A DNA stretch of 64,000 bases from Eledone cirrhosa. Taxonomy: Eukaryota. Below, piece after piece: positions 50,145 through 64,000 of the stretch. A model generated the notes under the pieces. The model had not been told where the DNA came from. It did no database searches and saw only the letters and a program-made list of their open reading frames with translations. The stretch lies in contig OZ024740.1 of the NCBI GenBank assembly GCA_964016885.1, forward strand, positions 294,128,001 to 294,192,000. The letters are read 5' to 3'. The position numbers and the translations under genes were made by a program. Position 1 is the stretch's first letter; every line of letters starts with the position of its first letter.

Positions 50145-53100
50145 CTTTCATTATCATAATTCTAACAAGAATATACCCCCTTTCTGTCTAAAATGGTATT
50201 TAACCCTTTCATTATCATATTTCTAACAAGAATATACCCCACCTCTTCTGTCTAAAATGGTATTTAACCCTTTCATTATCATATTTCTAACAAGAATATA
50301 ACCCCTTTCAGTCTAAAATGGTCTTCAACCCTTCATTATCATATTTCTAACAAGAATATAGCCCCTTTCTGTCTCAAATGGTTTTTAACTCTTTCATTAT
50401 CATATTTCGAAAAAGAATATACCTCCTTTCTGTCTAAAATGGTATTTAACCATTTCATTATCATATTTCTAACAAGAATATACCCCCTTTCTGTCTAAAA
50501 TGGTATTTAACCCTTTCATTATCATATTTCTAACAAGAATATACCCCCCCCCCTTCTGTCTAAAATGGTATTTAACCCTTTCATTATCATATTTCTAACA
50601 AGAATAAACCCCCGTTCTGTCTAAAATGGTATTTAACTCTTTCATTATCATATTTCTAACAAGAATATAGCCCCTTTTTGTCTAAAATGGTATTTAACCC
50701 TTTCATTATCATATTTCTAACAAGAATTAGCCACTTTTTGTCTAAAATGGTATTTAACCCTTTCACTATCATATTTCTAAATAGAATATAGCCCCTTTCT
50801 CTCTAAAATGGTATTTAACCATTTCATTATCATATTTATAACAAGAATATACCCCTTTTCGTCTAAAATGGTATTTAACTCATTCATTATCATATTACTA
50901 ACAAGAATATACACCTTTCTGTCTAAAATGGTATTTAACCCTTTCATTATCATATTTCTAACAAGAATATACCCCCTTTCTGTCTAAAATGGTATTTAAC
51001 CCTTTATTATCATATTTCTAACAAGAATATAGCCCCTTTCTGTCTCAAATGGTTTTTAACTCTTTCATTATCATATTTCGAACAAGGATATACCCCCTTT
51101 CTGTCTAAAATAGTATTTAACCATTTCATTATCATATTTCTAACAAGAATATACCCCTTTCTGTCTAAAATGGTATTTAACTCTTTCATTATCATATTTC
51201 TAACAAGAATATACAACCTTTCTATCTAAAATGGTATTTAACCCTTTCATTATCATCATTCTAACAAGAATATACCCCCTTTCTGTCTAAAGTGGTATTT
51301 AACCCTTTCATTATCATATTTCTAACAAGAATATACCCCACCTCTTCTGTCTAAAATGGTATTTAACCCTTTCATTATCATATTTCTAACAAGAATATAC
51401 CCCCTTTCAGTCTAAAATGGTTTTGAACCCTTCATTATTATATTTCTAACAAGAATATAGCCCCTTTCTGTCTCAAATGGTTTTTAACTCTTTCATTATC
51501 ATATTTCGAAAAAGAATATACCTCCTTTCTGTCTAAAATGGTATTTAACCATTTCATTATCATATTTCTAACAAGAATATACCCCCTTTCTGTCTAAAAT
51601 GGTATTTAACTCTTTCATTATCATATTTCTAACAAGAATATACAACCTTTCTATCTAAAATGGTATTTAACCCTTTCATTATCATATTTCTAACAAGAAT
51701 ATACCCCCTTTCTGTCTAAAATGGTATTTGACCCTTTCATTATCATATTTCTAACAAGAATATACCCCCCCCTTCTGTCTAAAATGGTATTTAACCCTTT
51801 CATTATCATATTTCTAACAAGAATAAACCCCCTTTCTGTCTAAAATGGTATTTAACTCTTTCATTATCATATTTCTAACAAGAATATAGCCCCTTTTTGT
51901 CTAAAATGGTATTTAACCCTTTCATTATCATATTTCTAACAAGATTAGCCAATTTTTGTCTAAAATGGTATTTAACCCTTTCATTAGCATATTTCTAACA
52001 AGAATATACAACCTTTCTATCTAAAATAGTATTTAACCCTTTCATTATCATATTTCTAACAAGAATATAGCCCCTTTCTGTCTAAAATGGTATTTAACCC
52101 TTTCATTAGCATATTTCTAACAAGAATATACAACCTTTCTATCTAAAATGGTATTTAACCCTTTCATTATCATATTTCTAACAAGAATATACCCCCTTTC
52201 TGTCTAAAATGGTATTTAACCCTTTCATTATCATATTTCTAACAAGAATATACCCCCCCCCCTTCTGTCTCAAATGGTATTTAACCCTTTCATTATCATA
52301 TTTCTAAATAGAATAAACCCCCTTTCTGTCTAAAATGGTATTTAAGCCTTCATTATCATATTTCTAAATAGAATATACCCCCTTTCTATCTAAAGTGGCA
52401 TTTAACCCTTTCATTATCATATTTCTAACAAGAATATATTCCCTTTTATTCTAAAATGGCATTTAACCCTTTCATTATCATATTTCTAACAAGAATATAA
52501 CCCCCCCACCCCATCTGTCTAAAATGGTATTTAACCCTGTCATTAGCATATTTATAACAAGAATATACCCCCCTTTTCTGTCTAAAATGGTATTTAAACC
52601 TTTCATTATCATATTTCTAAAAAGAATATATCCCCTTTCTCTCTAAAATGGTATTAACCCTTTCATTATCATATTTCTAACAAGAATATACAACCTTTCT
52701 ATCTAAAATGGTATTTAACCCTTTCATTATCATATTTCTAACAAGAATATACCCCCCCCCCTTCTGTCTAAAATGGTATTTAACCCTTTCATTATCATAT
52801 TTCTAACAAGAATAAACCCCCGTTCTGTCTAAAATGGTATTTAACTCTTTCATTATCATATTTCTAACAAGAATATAGCCCCTTTTTGTCTAAAATGGTA
52901 TTTAACCCTTTCATTATCATATTTCTAACAAGAATTAGCCACTTTTTGTCTAAAATGGTATTTAACCCTTTCACTATCATATTTCTAAATAGAATATAGC
53001 CCCTTTCTCTCTAAAATGGTATTTAACCATTTCATTATCATATTTATAACAAGAATATACCCCTTTTCGTCTAAAATGGTATTTAACTCATTCATTATCA

Positions 53101-56100
53101 TATTACTAACAAGAATATACACCTTTCTGTCTAAAATGGTATTTAACCCTTTCATTATCATATTTCTAACAAGAATATACCCCCTTTCTGTCTAAAATGG
53201 TATTTAACCCTTTATTATCATATTTCTAACAAGAATATAGCCCCTTTCTGTCTCAAATGGTTTTTAACTCTTTCATTATCATATTTCGAACAAGGATATA
53301 CCCCCTTTCTGTCTAAAATAGTATTTAACCATTTCATTATCATATTTCTAACAAGAATATACCCCTTTCTGTCTAAAATGGTATTTAACTCTTTCATTAT
53401 CATATTTCTAACAAGAATATACAACCTTTCTATCTAAAATGGTATTTAACCCTTTCATTATCATCATTCTAACAAGAATATACCCCCTTTCTGTCTAAAG
53501 TGGTATTTAACCCTTTCATTATCATATTTCTAACAAGAATATACCCCACCTCTTCTGTCTAAAATGGTATTTAACCCTTTCATTATCATATTTCTAACAA
53601 GAATATACCCCCTTTCAGTCTAAAATGGTTTTGAACCCTTCATTATTATATTTCTAACAAGAATATAGCCCCTTTCTGTCTCAAATGGTTTTTAACTCTT
53701 TCATTATCATATTTCGAAAAAGAATATACCTCCTTTCTGTCTAAAATGGTATTTAACCATTTCATTATCATATTTCTAACAAGAATATACCCCCTTTCTG
53801 TCTAAAATGGTATTTAACTCTTTCATTATCATATTTCTAACAAGAATATACAACCTTTCTATCTAAAATGGTATTTAACCCTTTCATTATCATATTTCTA
53901 ACAAGAATATACCCCCTTTCTGTCTAAAATGGTATTTGACCCTTTCATTATCATATTTCTAACAAGAATATACCCCCCCCCCCCTTCTGTCTAAAATGGT
54001 ATTTAACCCTTTCATTATCATATTTCTAACAAGAATAAACCCCCTTTCTGTCTAAAATGGTATTTAACTCTTTCATTATCATATTTCTAACAAGAATATA
54101 GCCCCTTTTTGTCTAAAATGGTATTTAACCCTTTCATTATCATATTTCTAACAAGATTAGCCAATTTTTGTCTAAAATGGTATTTAACCCTTTCATTAGC
54201 ATATTTCTAACAAGAATATACAACCTTTCTATCTAAAATAGTATTTAACCCTTTCATTATCATATTTCTAACAAGAATATAGCCCCTTTCTGTCTAAAAT
54301 GGTATTTAACCCTTTCATTAGCATATTTCTAACAAGAATATACAACCTTTCTATCTAAAATGGTATTTAACCCTTTCATTATCATATTTCTAACAAGAAT
54401 ATACCCCCTTTCTGTCTAAAATGGTATTTAACCCTTTCATTATCATATTTCTAACAAGAATATACCCCCCCCTTCTGTCTCAAATGGTATTTAACCCTTT
54501 CATTATCATATTTCTAAATAGAATAAACCCCCTTTCTGTCTAAAATGGTATTTAAGCCTTCATTATCATATTTCTAAATAGAATATACCCCCTTTCTATC
54601 TAAAGTGGCATTTAACCCTTTCATTATCATATTTCTAACAAGAATATATTCCCTTTTATTCTAAAATGGCATTTAACCCTTTCATTATCATATTTCTAAC
54701 AAGAATATAACCCCCCCACCCCATCTGTCTAAAATGGTATTTAACCCTGTCATTAGCATATTTATAACAAGAATATACCCCCCTTTTCTGTCTAAAATGG
54801 TATTTAAACCTTTCATTATCATATTTCTAAAAAGAATATATCCCCTTTCTCTCTAAAATGGTATTAACCCTTTCATTATCATATTTCTAACAAGAATATA
54901 CAACCTTTCTATCTAAAATGGTATTTAACCCTTTCATTATCATATTTCTAACAAGAATATACACACCCCCTTCTGTCTAAAATGGTATTTAACCCTTTCA
55001 TTATCATATTTCTAACAAGAATAAACCCCCGTTCTGTCTAAAATGGTATTTAACTCTTTCATTATCATATTTCTAACAAGAATATAGCCCCTTTTTGTCT
55101 AAAATGGTATTTAACCCTTTCATTATCATATTTCTAACAAGAATTAGCCACTTTTTGTCTAAAATGGTATTTAACCCTTTCACTATCATATTTCTAAATA
55201 GAATATAGCCCCTTTCTCTCTAAAATGGTATTTAACCATTTCATTATCATATTTATAACAAGAATATACCCCTTTTCGTCTAAAATGGTATTTAACTCAT
55301 TCATTATCATATTACTAACAAGAATATACACCTTTCTGTCTAAAATGGTATTTAACCCTTTCATTATCATATTTCTAACAAGAATATACCCCCTTTCTGT
55401 CTAAAATGGTATTTAACCCTTTATTATCATATTTCTAACAAGAATATAGCCCCTTTCTGTCTCAAATGGTTTTTAACTCTTTCATTATCATATTTCGAAC
55501 AAGGATATACCCCCTTTCTGTCTAAAATAGTATTTAACCATTTCATTATCATATTTCTAACAAGAATATACCCCTTTCTGTCTAAAATGGTATTTAACTC
55601 TTTCATTATCATATTTCTAACAAGAATATACAACCTTTCTATCTAAAATGGTATTTAACCCTTTCATTATCATCATTCTAACAAGAATATACCCCCTTTC
55701 TGTCTAAAGTGGTATTTAACCCTTTCATTATCATATTTCTAACAAGAATATACCCCACCTCTTCTGTCTAAAATGGTATTTAACCCTTTCATTATCATAT
55801 TTCTAACAAGAATATACCCCCTTTCAGTCTAAAATGGTTTTGAACCCTTCATTATTATATTTCTAACAAGAATATAGCCCCTTTCTGTCTCAAATGGTTT
55901 TTAACTCTTTCATTATCATATTTCGAAAAAGAATATACCTCCTTTCTGTCTAAAATGGTATTTAACCATTTCATTATCATATTTCTAACAAGAATATACC
56001 CCCTTTCTGTCTAAAATGGTATTTAACTCTTTCATTATCATATTTCTAACAAGAATATACAACCTTTCTATCTAAAATGGTATTTAACCCTTTCATTATC

Positions 56101-58925
56101 ATATTTCTAACAAGAATATACCCCCTTTCTGTCTAAAATGGTATTTGACCCTTTCATTATCATATTTCTAACAAGAATATACCCCCCCCTTCTGTCTAAA
56201 ATGGTATTTAACCCTTTCATTATCATATTTCTAACAAGAATAAACCCCCTTTCTGTCTAAAATGGTATTTAACTCTTTCATTATCATATTTCTAACAAGA
56301 ATATAGCCCCTTTTTGTCTAAAATGGTATTTAACCCTTTCATTATCATATTTCTAACAAGATTAGCCAATTTTTGTCTAAAATGGTATTCAACCCTTTCA
56401 TTAGCATATTTCTAACAAGAATATACAACCTTTCTATCTAAAATAGTATTTAACCCTTTCATTATCATATTTCTAACAAGAATATAGCCCCTTTCTGTCT
56501 AAAATGGTATTTAACCCTTTCATTAGCATATTTCTAACAAGAATATACAACCTTTCTATCTAAAATGGTATTTAACCCTTTCATTATCATATTTCTAACA
56601 AGAATATACCCCCCCCCCCTTCTGTCTCAAATGGTATTTAACCCTTTCATTATCATATTTCTAAATAGAATAAACCCCCTTTCTGTCTAAAATGGTATTT
56701 AAGCCTTCATTATCATATTTCTAAATAGAATATACCCCCTTTCTATCTAAAGTGGCATTTAACCCTTTCATTATCATATTTCTAACAAGAATATATTCCC
56801 TTTTATTCTAAAATGGCATTTAACCCTTTCATTATCATATTTCTAACAAGAATATAACCCCCCCACCCCATCTGTCTAAAATGGTATTTAACCCTGTCAT
56901 TAGCATATTTATAACAAGAATATACCCCCCTTTTCTGTCTAAAATGGTATTTAAACCTTTCATTATCATATTTCTAAAAAGAATATATCCCCTTTCTCTC
57001 TAAAATGGTATTAACCCTTTCATTATCATATTTCTAACAAGAATATACAACCTTTCTATCTAAAATGGTAGTTAACTCTTGCATTATCATGTTTATAACA
57101 AGAATATACCCCTTTTTGTCTAAAATGGTATTTAACTCATTCATTATCATATTTCTAACAAGAATATACCTGTTTCTGTCTAAAATGGTATTTAACCCTT
57201 TCATTATCATATTTCTAACAAGAATATAGCCCCTTTCTGTCTAAAATGGTTTTTAACTCTTTCATTATCATATTTCTAACAAGAATATAGCCCCTTTCTG
57301 TCTAAAATGGTATTTAACCATTTCATTATCATATTTCTAACAAGAATATACCCCCTTTCTGTCTAAAGTGGTATTTAACTCTTTCATTATCATATTTCTA
57401 AAAAGAATATAACTCCTTTTTGTCTAAAATGGTATTTAACCATTTCATTATCATATTTCTAACAACAATATACCCCTTTCTGTCTAAAATGTTATTTAAC
57501 CCTTTCATTAGCATATTTCTAACAAGAATATACCCCTTTCTGTCTAAAATGGTATTTAACCCTTTCATTAGCATATTCTAACAAGAATATACCCCTTTCT
57601 GTCTAAAATGGTATTTACCTCTTTCATTAGCATATTTCTAACAAGAATATACCCCTTTCTGTCTAAAATGGTATTTAACCCTTTCATTAGCATATTTCTA
57701 ACAAGAATATACTCCCTTTCTGTCTAAAATGGTATTTAACCCTTTCATTAGCATATTTCTAACAAGAATATACCCCTTTCTGTCTAAAATGGTATTAGCC
57801 CTTTCATTATCACATTTCTAACAAGAATAACCCCCTTTCTGTCTAAAATGGTATTTAACTCTTTCATTATCATATTTCTAACAAGAATATACCCCCCCTT
57901 TCTGTCTAAAATAGTATTTAACTCTTTTATTATAATATTTCTAACAAGAATATACCCCTTTTGGTCTAAAATGGTATTTAACCCAGTCATTATCATATTT
58001 CTAACAAGAATATACCCCCCTTTCTGTCTAAAATGGTATTTAACCCTTTCATTATCATATTTCTAACAAGAATATAGCCCCTTTCTGTCTAAAATGATTT
58101 TTAACTCTTTCATTATCATATTTCTAACAAGAATATAGCCCCTTTCTGTCTAAAATGGTATTTAACCATTTCATTATCATATTTCTAACAAGAATATACC
58201 CCCTTTCTGTCTAAAGTGGTATTTAACTCTTTCATTATAATATTTCTAAAAAGAATATAACTCCTTTTTGTCTAAAATGGTATTTAACCATTTCATTATT
58301 TCATTTCTAACAAGAATATACCCTTTTCTGTCTAAAATGGTATTTAACCCTTTCATTATCATATTTCTAACAAGAATATACCCCCCCCCCCCCTTCTGTC
58401 TAAAATGGTATTTAACTCTTTCATTATAATATTTCTAACAAGAATATACAACCTTTCTATCTAAAATAGTATTTAACCCTTTCATTATCATATTTCTAAC
58501 AAGAATATACCCCCTTTCTGTCTAAAATGGTATTTAACCCTTGATTATTATATTTCTATATAGAATATACCCCCTTTCTGTCTAAAGTGGCATTTAACCC
58601 TTTCATTATCATATTTCTAACAAGAATATACCCCCCCCCTTCTCTCTAAAATGGTATTTAACCCTTTCATCATCATATTTCTAACAAGAATATACTCCCT
58701 TTCTGTCTAAAATGGTATTTAACCCTTTCTTTATCATATTTCTAACGAGAATATACCCCCTTTCTGTCTAAAATGGTATTTAACTCTTTCATTCTCAGAT
58801 TTCTAACAAGAATATACCCCTTTTCTGTCTAAAGTGTATTTAACACTTTCATTATCATATTTCTAACAGGAATATACCCCCGTTCTGTCTAAAATGGTAT
58901 TTAACTCTTGCATTATCATATTTAT

Positions 58926-59072
58926 GATTGGCAGTATCGGTAGAGAGTCGGACGCCATGCTTTCCACCATAGTTATTTCCCTTTACGATCAGAGGTTGAC
59001 TTTGCCTTTCATCCTTACGGGGTCGATAAAATAGAGTACCAGTTATGCACTGGTAATTGCTGGCCTTGTGCC
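58926..59072 (+). mobile_element. Truncated SINE fragment inside the satellite, copy 2
   Basis: Same junctions as copy 1, about 2 substitutions, 8928 bp downstream. Confidence 0.9.
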
Positions 59073-62000
59073 CTTTCATTATCATAATTCTAACAAGAAT
59101 ATACCCCCCTTTCTGTCTAAAATGGTATTTAACCCTTTCATTATCATATTTTCTAACAAGAATATACCCCACCTCTTCTGTCTAAAATGGTATTTAACCC
59201 TTTCATTATCATATTTCTAACAAGAATATAACCCCTTTCAGTCTAAAATGGTCTTTAACCCTTCATTATCATATTTCTAACAAGAATATAGCCCCTTTCT
59301 GTCTCAAATGGTTTTTAACTCTTTCATTATCATATTTCGAAAAAGAATATACCTCCTTTCTGTCTAAAATGGTATTTAACCATTTCATTATCATATTTCT
59401 AACAAGAATATACCCCTTTCTGTCTAAAATGGTATTTAACCCTTTCATTATCATATTTCTAACAAGAAATATACAACCTTTCTATCTAAAATGGTATTTA
59501 ACCCCTTTCATTATCATATTTCTAACAAGAATATACCCCCTTTCTGTCTAAAATGGTATTTAACCCCTTTCATTATCATATTTCTAACAAGAATATACGC
59601 CCCCCCCTTCTGTCTAAAATGGTATTTAACCCTTTCATTATCATATTCTAACAAGAATAAACCCCCGTTCTGTCTAAAATGAACTCTTTCATTATCATAT
59701 TTCTAACAAGAATATAGCCCCTTTTTGTCTAAAATGGTATTTAACCCTTTCATTATCATATTTCTAACAAGAATTAGCCACTTTTTGTCTAAAATGGTAT
59801 TTAACCCTTTCACTATCATATTTCTAAATAGAATATAGCCCCTTTCTCTCTAAAATGGTATTTAACCCTATCATTATCATATTTCTAACAAGAATATACC
59901 CACTTACTGTCTAAAATGGTATTTAAACCTTTAATTATCATATTTCTAACAAGATTATCCCCCCCCCTTCTGTCTAAAATGGTATTTAACCATTTCATTA
60001 TCATATTTATAACAAGAATATACCCCTTTTCGTCTAAAATGGTATTTTAACTCATTCATTATCATATTACTAACAAGAATATACACCTTTCTGTCTAAAA
60101 TGGTATTTAACCCTTTCATTATCATATTTCTAACAAGAATATACCCCCTTTCTGTCTAAAATGGTATTTAACCCTTCATTATCATATTTCTAACAAGAAT
60201 ATAGCCCCTTTCTGTCTCAAATGGTTTTTAACTCTTTCATTATCATATTTCGAACAAGGATATACCCCCTTTCTCTCTAAAATAGTATTTAACCATTTCA
60301 TTATCATATTTCTAACAAGAATATACCCCTTTCTGTCTAAAATGGTATTTAACTCTTTCATTATCATATTTCTAACAAGAATATACAACCTTTCTATCTA
60401 AAATGGTATTTAACCCTTTCATTATTCATCATTCTAACAAGAATATACCCCCTTTCTGTCTAAAGTGGTATTTAACCCTTTCATTATCATATTTCTAACA
60501 AGAATATACCCCACCTCTTCTGTCTAAAATGGTATTTAACCCTTTCATTATCATATTTCTAACAAGAATATACCCCCTTTCAGTCTAAAATGGTTTTGAA
60601 CCCTTCATTATCATATTTCTAACAAGAATATAGCCCCTTTCTGTCTCAAATGGTTTTTAACTCTTTCATTATCATATTTCTAACAAGAATATACAACCTT
60701 TCTATCTAAAATGGTATTTAACCCTTTCATTATCATATTTCTAACAAGAATATACCCCCTTTCTGTCTAAAATGGTATTTGACCCTTTCATTATCATATT
60801 TCTAACAAGAATATACCCCCCCCCCTTCTGTCTAAAATGGTATTTAACCCTTTCATTATCATATTTCTAACAAGAATAAACCCCTTTCTGTCTAAAATGG
60901 TATTTAACTCTTTCATTATCATATTTTCTAACAAGAATATAGCCCCTTTTTGTCTAAAATGGTATTTAACCCTTTCATTATCATATTTCTAACAAGATTA
61001 GCCAATTTTTGTCTAAAATGGTATTTAACCCTTTCATTAGCATATTTCTAACAAGAATATACAACCTTTCTATCTAAAATAGTATTTAACCCTTTCATTA
61101 TCATATTTTTAACAAGAATATAGCCCCTTTCTGTCTAAAATGGTATTTAACCCTTTCATTAGCATATTTCTAACAAGAATATACCCCCTTTCTGTCTAAA
61201 ATGGTATTTAACTCTTTCATTATCATATTTCTAACAAGAATATAATCCTTTTTGTCTAAAATGGTATTTAACCCTTTCATTATCATATTTCTAACAAGAA
61301 TATACCCCCCCCCCTTCTGTCTCAAATGGTATTTAACCCTTTCATTATCATATTTCTAAATAGAATATACCCCCTTTCTATCTAAAGTGGCATTTAACCC
61401 TTTCATTATCATATTTCTAACAAGAATATATTCCCTTTTATTCTAAAATGGCATTTAACCCTTTCATTATCATATTTCTAACAAGAATATAACCCCCCCA
61501 CCCCATCTGTCTAAAATGGTATTTAACCCTTTCATTAGCATATTTATAACAAGAACGTACCCCCCTTTTCTGTCTAAAATGGTATTTAAACCTTTCATTA
61601 TCATATTTCTAAAAAGAATATATCCCCTTTCTCTCTAAAATGGTATTAACCCTTTCATTATCATATTTCTAACAAGAATATACAACCTTTCTATCTAAAA
61701 TGGTAGTTAACTCTTGCATGATCATGTTTATAACAAGAATATACCCCTTTTTGTCTAAAATGGTATTTAACTAATTCATTATCATATTTCTAACAAGAAT
61801 ATACCTGTTTCTGTCTAAAATGGTATTTAACCCTTTCATTATCATATTTCTAACAAGAATATAGCCCCTTTCTGTCTAAAATGGTTTTTAACTCTTTCAT
61901 TATCATATTTCTAACAAGAATATAGCCCCTTTCTGTCTAAAATGGTATTTAACCATTTCATTATCATATTTCTAACAAGAATATACCCCCTTTCTGTCTA

Positions 62001-64000
62001 AAGTGGTATTTAACTCTTTCATTATCATATTTCTAAAAAGAATATAACTCCTTTTTGTCTAAAATGGTATTTAACCATTTCATTATCATATTTCTAACAA
62101 GAATATACCCCCCTTTCTGTCTAAAATGGTATTTAACCCTTTCATTATCATATTTCTAACAAGAATATACCCCCCCCCTTCTGTCTAAAATGGTATTTAA
62201 CCCTTTCATTATCATATTTCTAACAAGAATATAGCCCCTTTTTGTCTAAAATGGTATTTATCCCTTTCATTATCATATTTCTAACAAGAATTAGCCACTT
62301 ATTGTCTAAAATGGTGTTTAACCCTTTTATTATCATATTTCTAAATAGAATATAGCCCCTTTCTCTCTAAAATGGTATTTAACCCTTTCATTATCATATT
62401 TCTAACAAGAATATACCCACTTTCTGTCTAAAATGGTATTTAAACCTTTAATTATCATATTTCTAACAAGAATATACAACCTTTCTATCTAAAATAGTAT
62501 TTAACCCTTTCATTATCATATTTCTAACAAGAATATACCCCCTTTCTGTCTAAAATGGTATTTAATCCTTCATTATCATATTTCTAAATAGAATATACCC
62601 CCTTTCTGTCTAAAGTGGCATTTAACCCTTTCATTATCATATTTCTAACAAGAATATATTCCCTTTCTGTCTAAAATGGCATTTAACACGTTCATTATCA
62701 TATTTCTAACAAGAATATACCCCCCCCCCTTCTGTCTAAAATGGTATTTAACCCTTTCATCATCATATTTCTAACAAGAATATACCCCCTTTCTTTCTAA
62801 AATGGTATTTAACCCTCTCATTATCATATTTCTAACAAGAATATACAACCTTTCTATCTAAAATGGTATTTAAACTTTCATTATCATATTTCTAACAAGA
62901 ATATACCCCCTTTCTGTCTAAAATGGTATTTAACCCTTTAATTATCATATTTCTAACAAGAACATACCCCTTTCTGTCTAAAATGGTATTTAACCCTTTC
63001 ATTATCATATTTCTAACAAGAATATACTCATTTTCTGTTTGAAATTATATTTAACCCTTTCTTTATCATATTTCTAACGAGAATATACCCCCTTTCTGTC
63101 TAAAATGGTATTTATCCCTCTCATTATCATATTTCTAACAAGAATATACAACCTTTCTACCTAAATTGTATTTAACCCTTTCATTATCATATTTCTAACA
63201 AGAATATAGCTCGTTTCTGTCTAAAATGGTATTTAACTCTTTCATTATCATATTTCTAACAAGAATATACCCTCTTTCTGTCTTAAATGGTATTTAACCC
63301 TTTCATTATCATATTTCTAACAAGAATATACACCCTTTCTGTCTAAAATGGTATTTAACTCTTTCAATATCATATTTCTAACAAGAATATACCCCCTTTC
63401 TGTCTAAAATGGTATTTAACCCTTTCATTATCATATTTCTAAAAAGAATATACCCCTTTCTGTCTAAAATAGTATTTAACCCTTTCATTATCATATTTCT
63501 AAAAAGAATATACCCCCTTTCTGTCTAAAATGGTAATTAACCCTTTCATTATCATATTTCTAACAAGAATATACCCCCTTTCTGTCTAAAATGGTATGTA
63601 ACCCTTTCATTATCATATTTCTAAAAGAATATACCCTCTTTCTGTCTAAAATGGTATTTAACTCTTTCATTATCATATTTCTAACTAGAATATACCCCTT
63701 TTTGTTTCAAATGGTATGTAACCCTTTCATTATCATATTTCTAACAAGAATATAGCCCTTTCCGTCTAAAATGGTATTTAACTCTTTCATTATCATATTT
63801 CTAACAAGGATATACCCTCTTTCTGTCTTAAATGGTATTTAACTCTTTCATTATCATATTTATAACAAGAATATACCCTCTTTCTGTCTTAAATGGTATT
63901 TAACCCTTTCATTATCATATTTCTAACAAGAATATACAACCTTTCTATTTAAAGTGGTATTTAACCCTTTGATTATCATATTTCTAACAAGAATATACCC

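Larger units (their letters stand above)
37850..64000. repeat. Satellite DNA, 60-61-bp monomer, roughly 425 copies, continuing past the window edge
   Basis: Consensus TTTCTGTCTAAAATGGTATTTAACCCTTTCATTATCATATTTCTAACAAGAATATACCCCC; variable C-run; degenerate first monomers. Confidence 0.99.

Noticed and set aside
38680-60388. Short ORFs of the type MIMKGLNTILDRKGYILVRN
   Set aside because: By-products of 60-bp monomers staying in frame; 61-bp monomers shift the frame constantly
37850-64000. Regular repeat with a variable segment resembling a CRISPR array
   Set aside because: The variable part is only a mutating C-run, there are no unique spacers or cas genes, and the context is eukaryotic

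Overview
AT-rich eukaryotic genomic DNA, most likely an octopod cephalopod (inferred from the SINE and RTE repeat families, not proven). The left half (2875-31402, minus strand) holds the first 10 coding exons of a mitochondrial glutamate dehydrogenase gene (GLUD1/Gdh). All introns are GT-AG with matching phases, giving 1452 nt = 484 codons; the last exons lie beyond the left edge. The introns carry RTE, CR1 and CRE LINE relics, tRNA-derived SINEs, piggyBac/hAT/pogo-type MITEs and a decayed Gypsy LTR element with a ~0.7-kb inverted duplication. The right 26 kb (about 37850-64000) is a 60-61-bp satellite with nested higher-order repeats and a SINE fragment captured twice. The most notable observation is that the satellite monomer matches the TTAA-CCCTT terminus of a piggyBac-type MITE found in the same window (25/28 nt), which suggests a satellite born from a transposon end. 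No CRISPR, rRNA or genuine tRNA gene is supported. Coordinates were read by eye; exon boundaries were checked base by base, while repeat boundaries are approximate.
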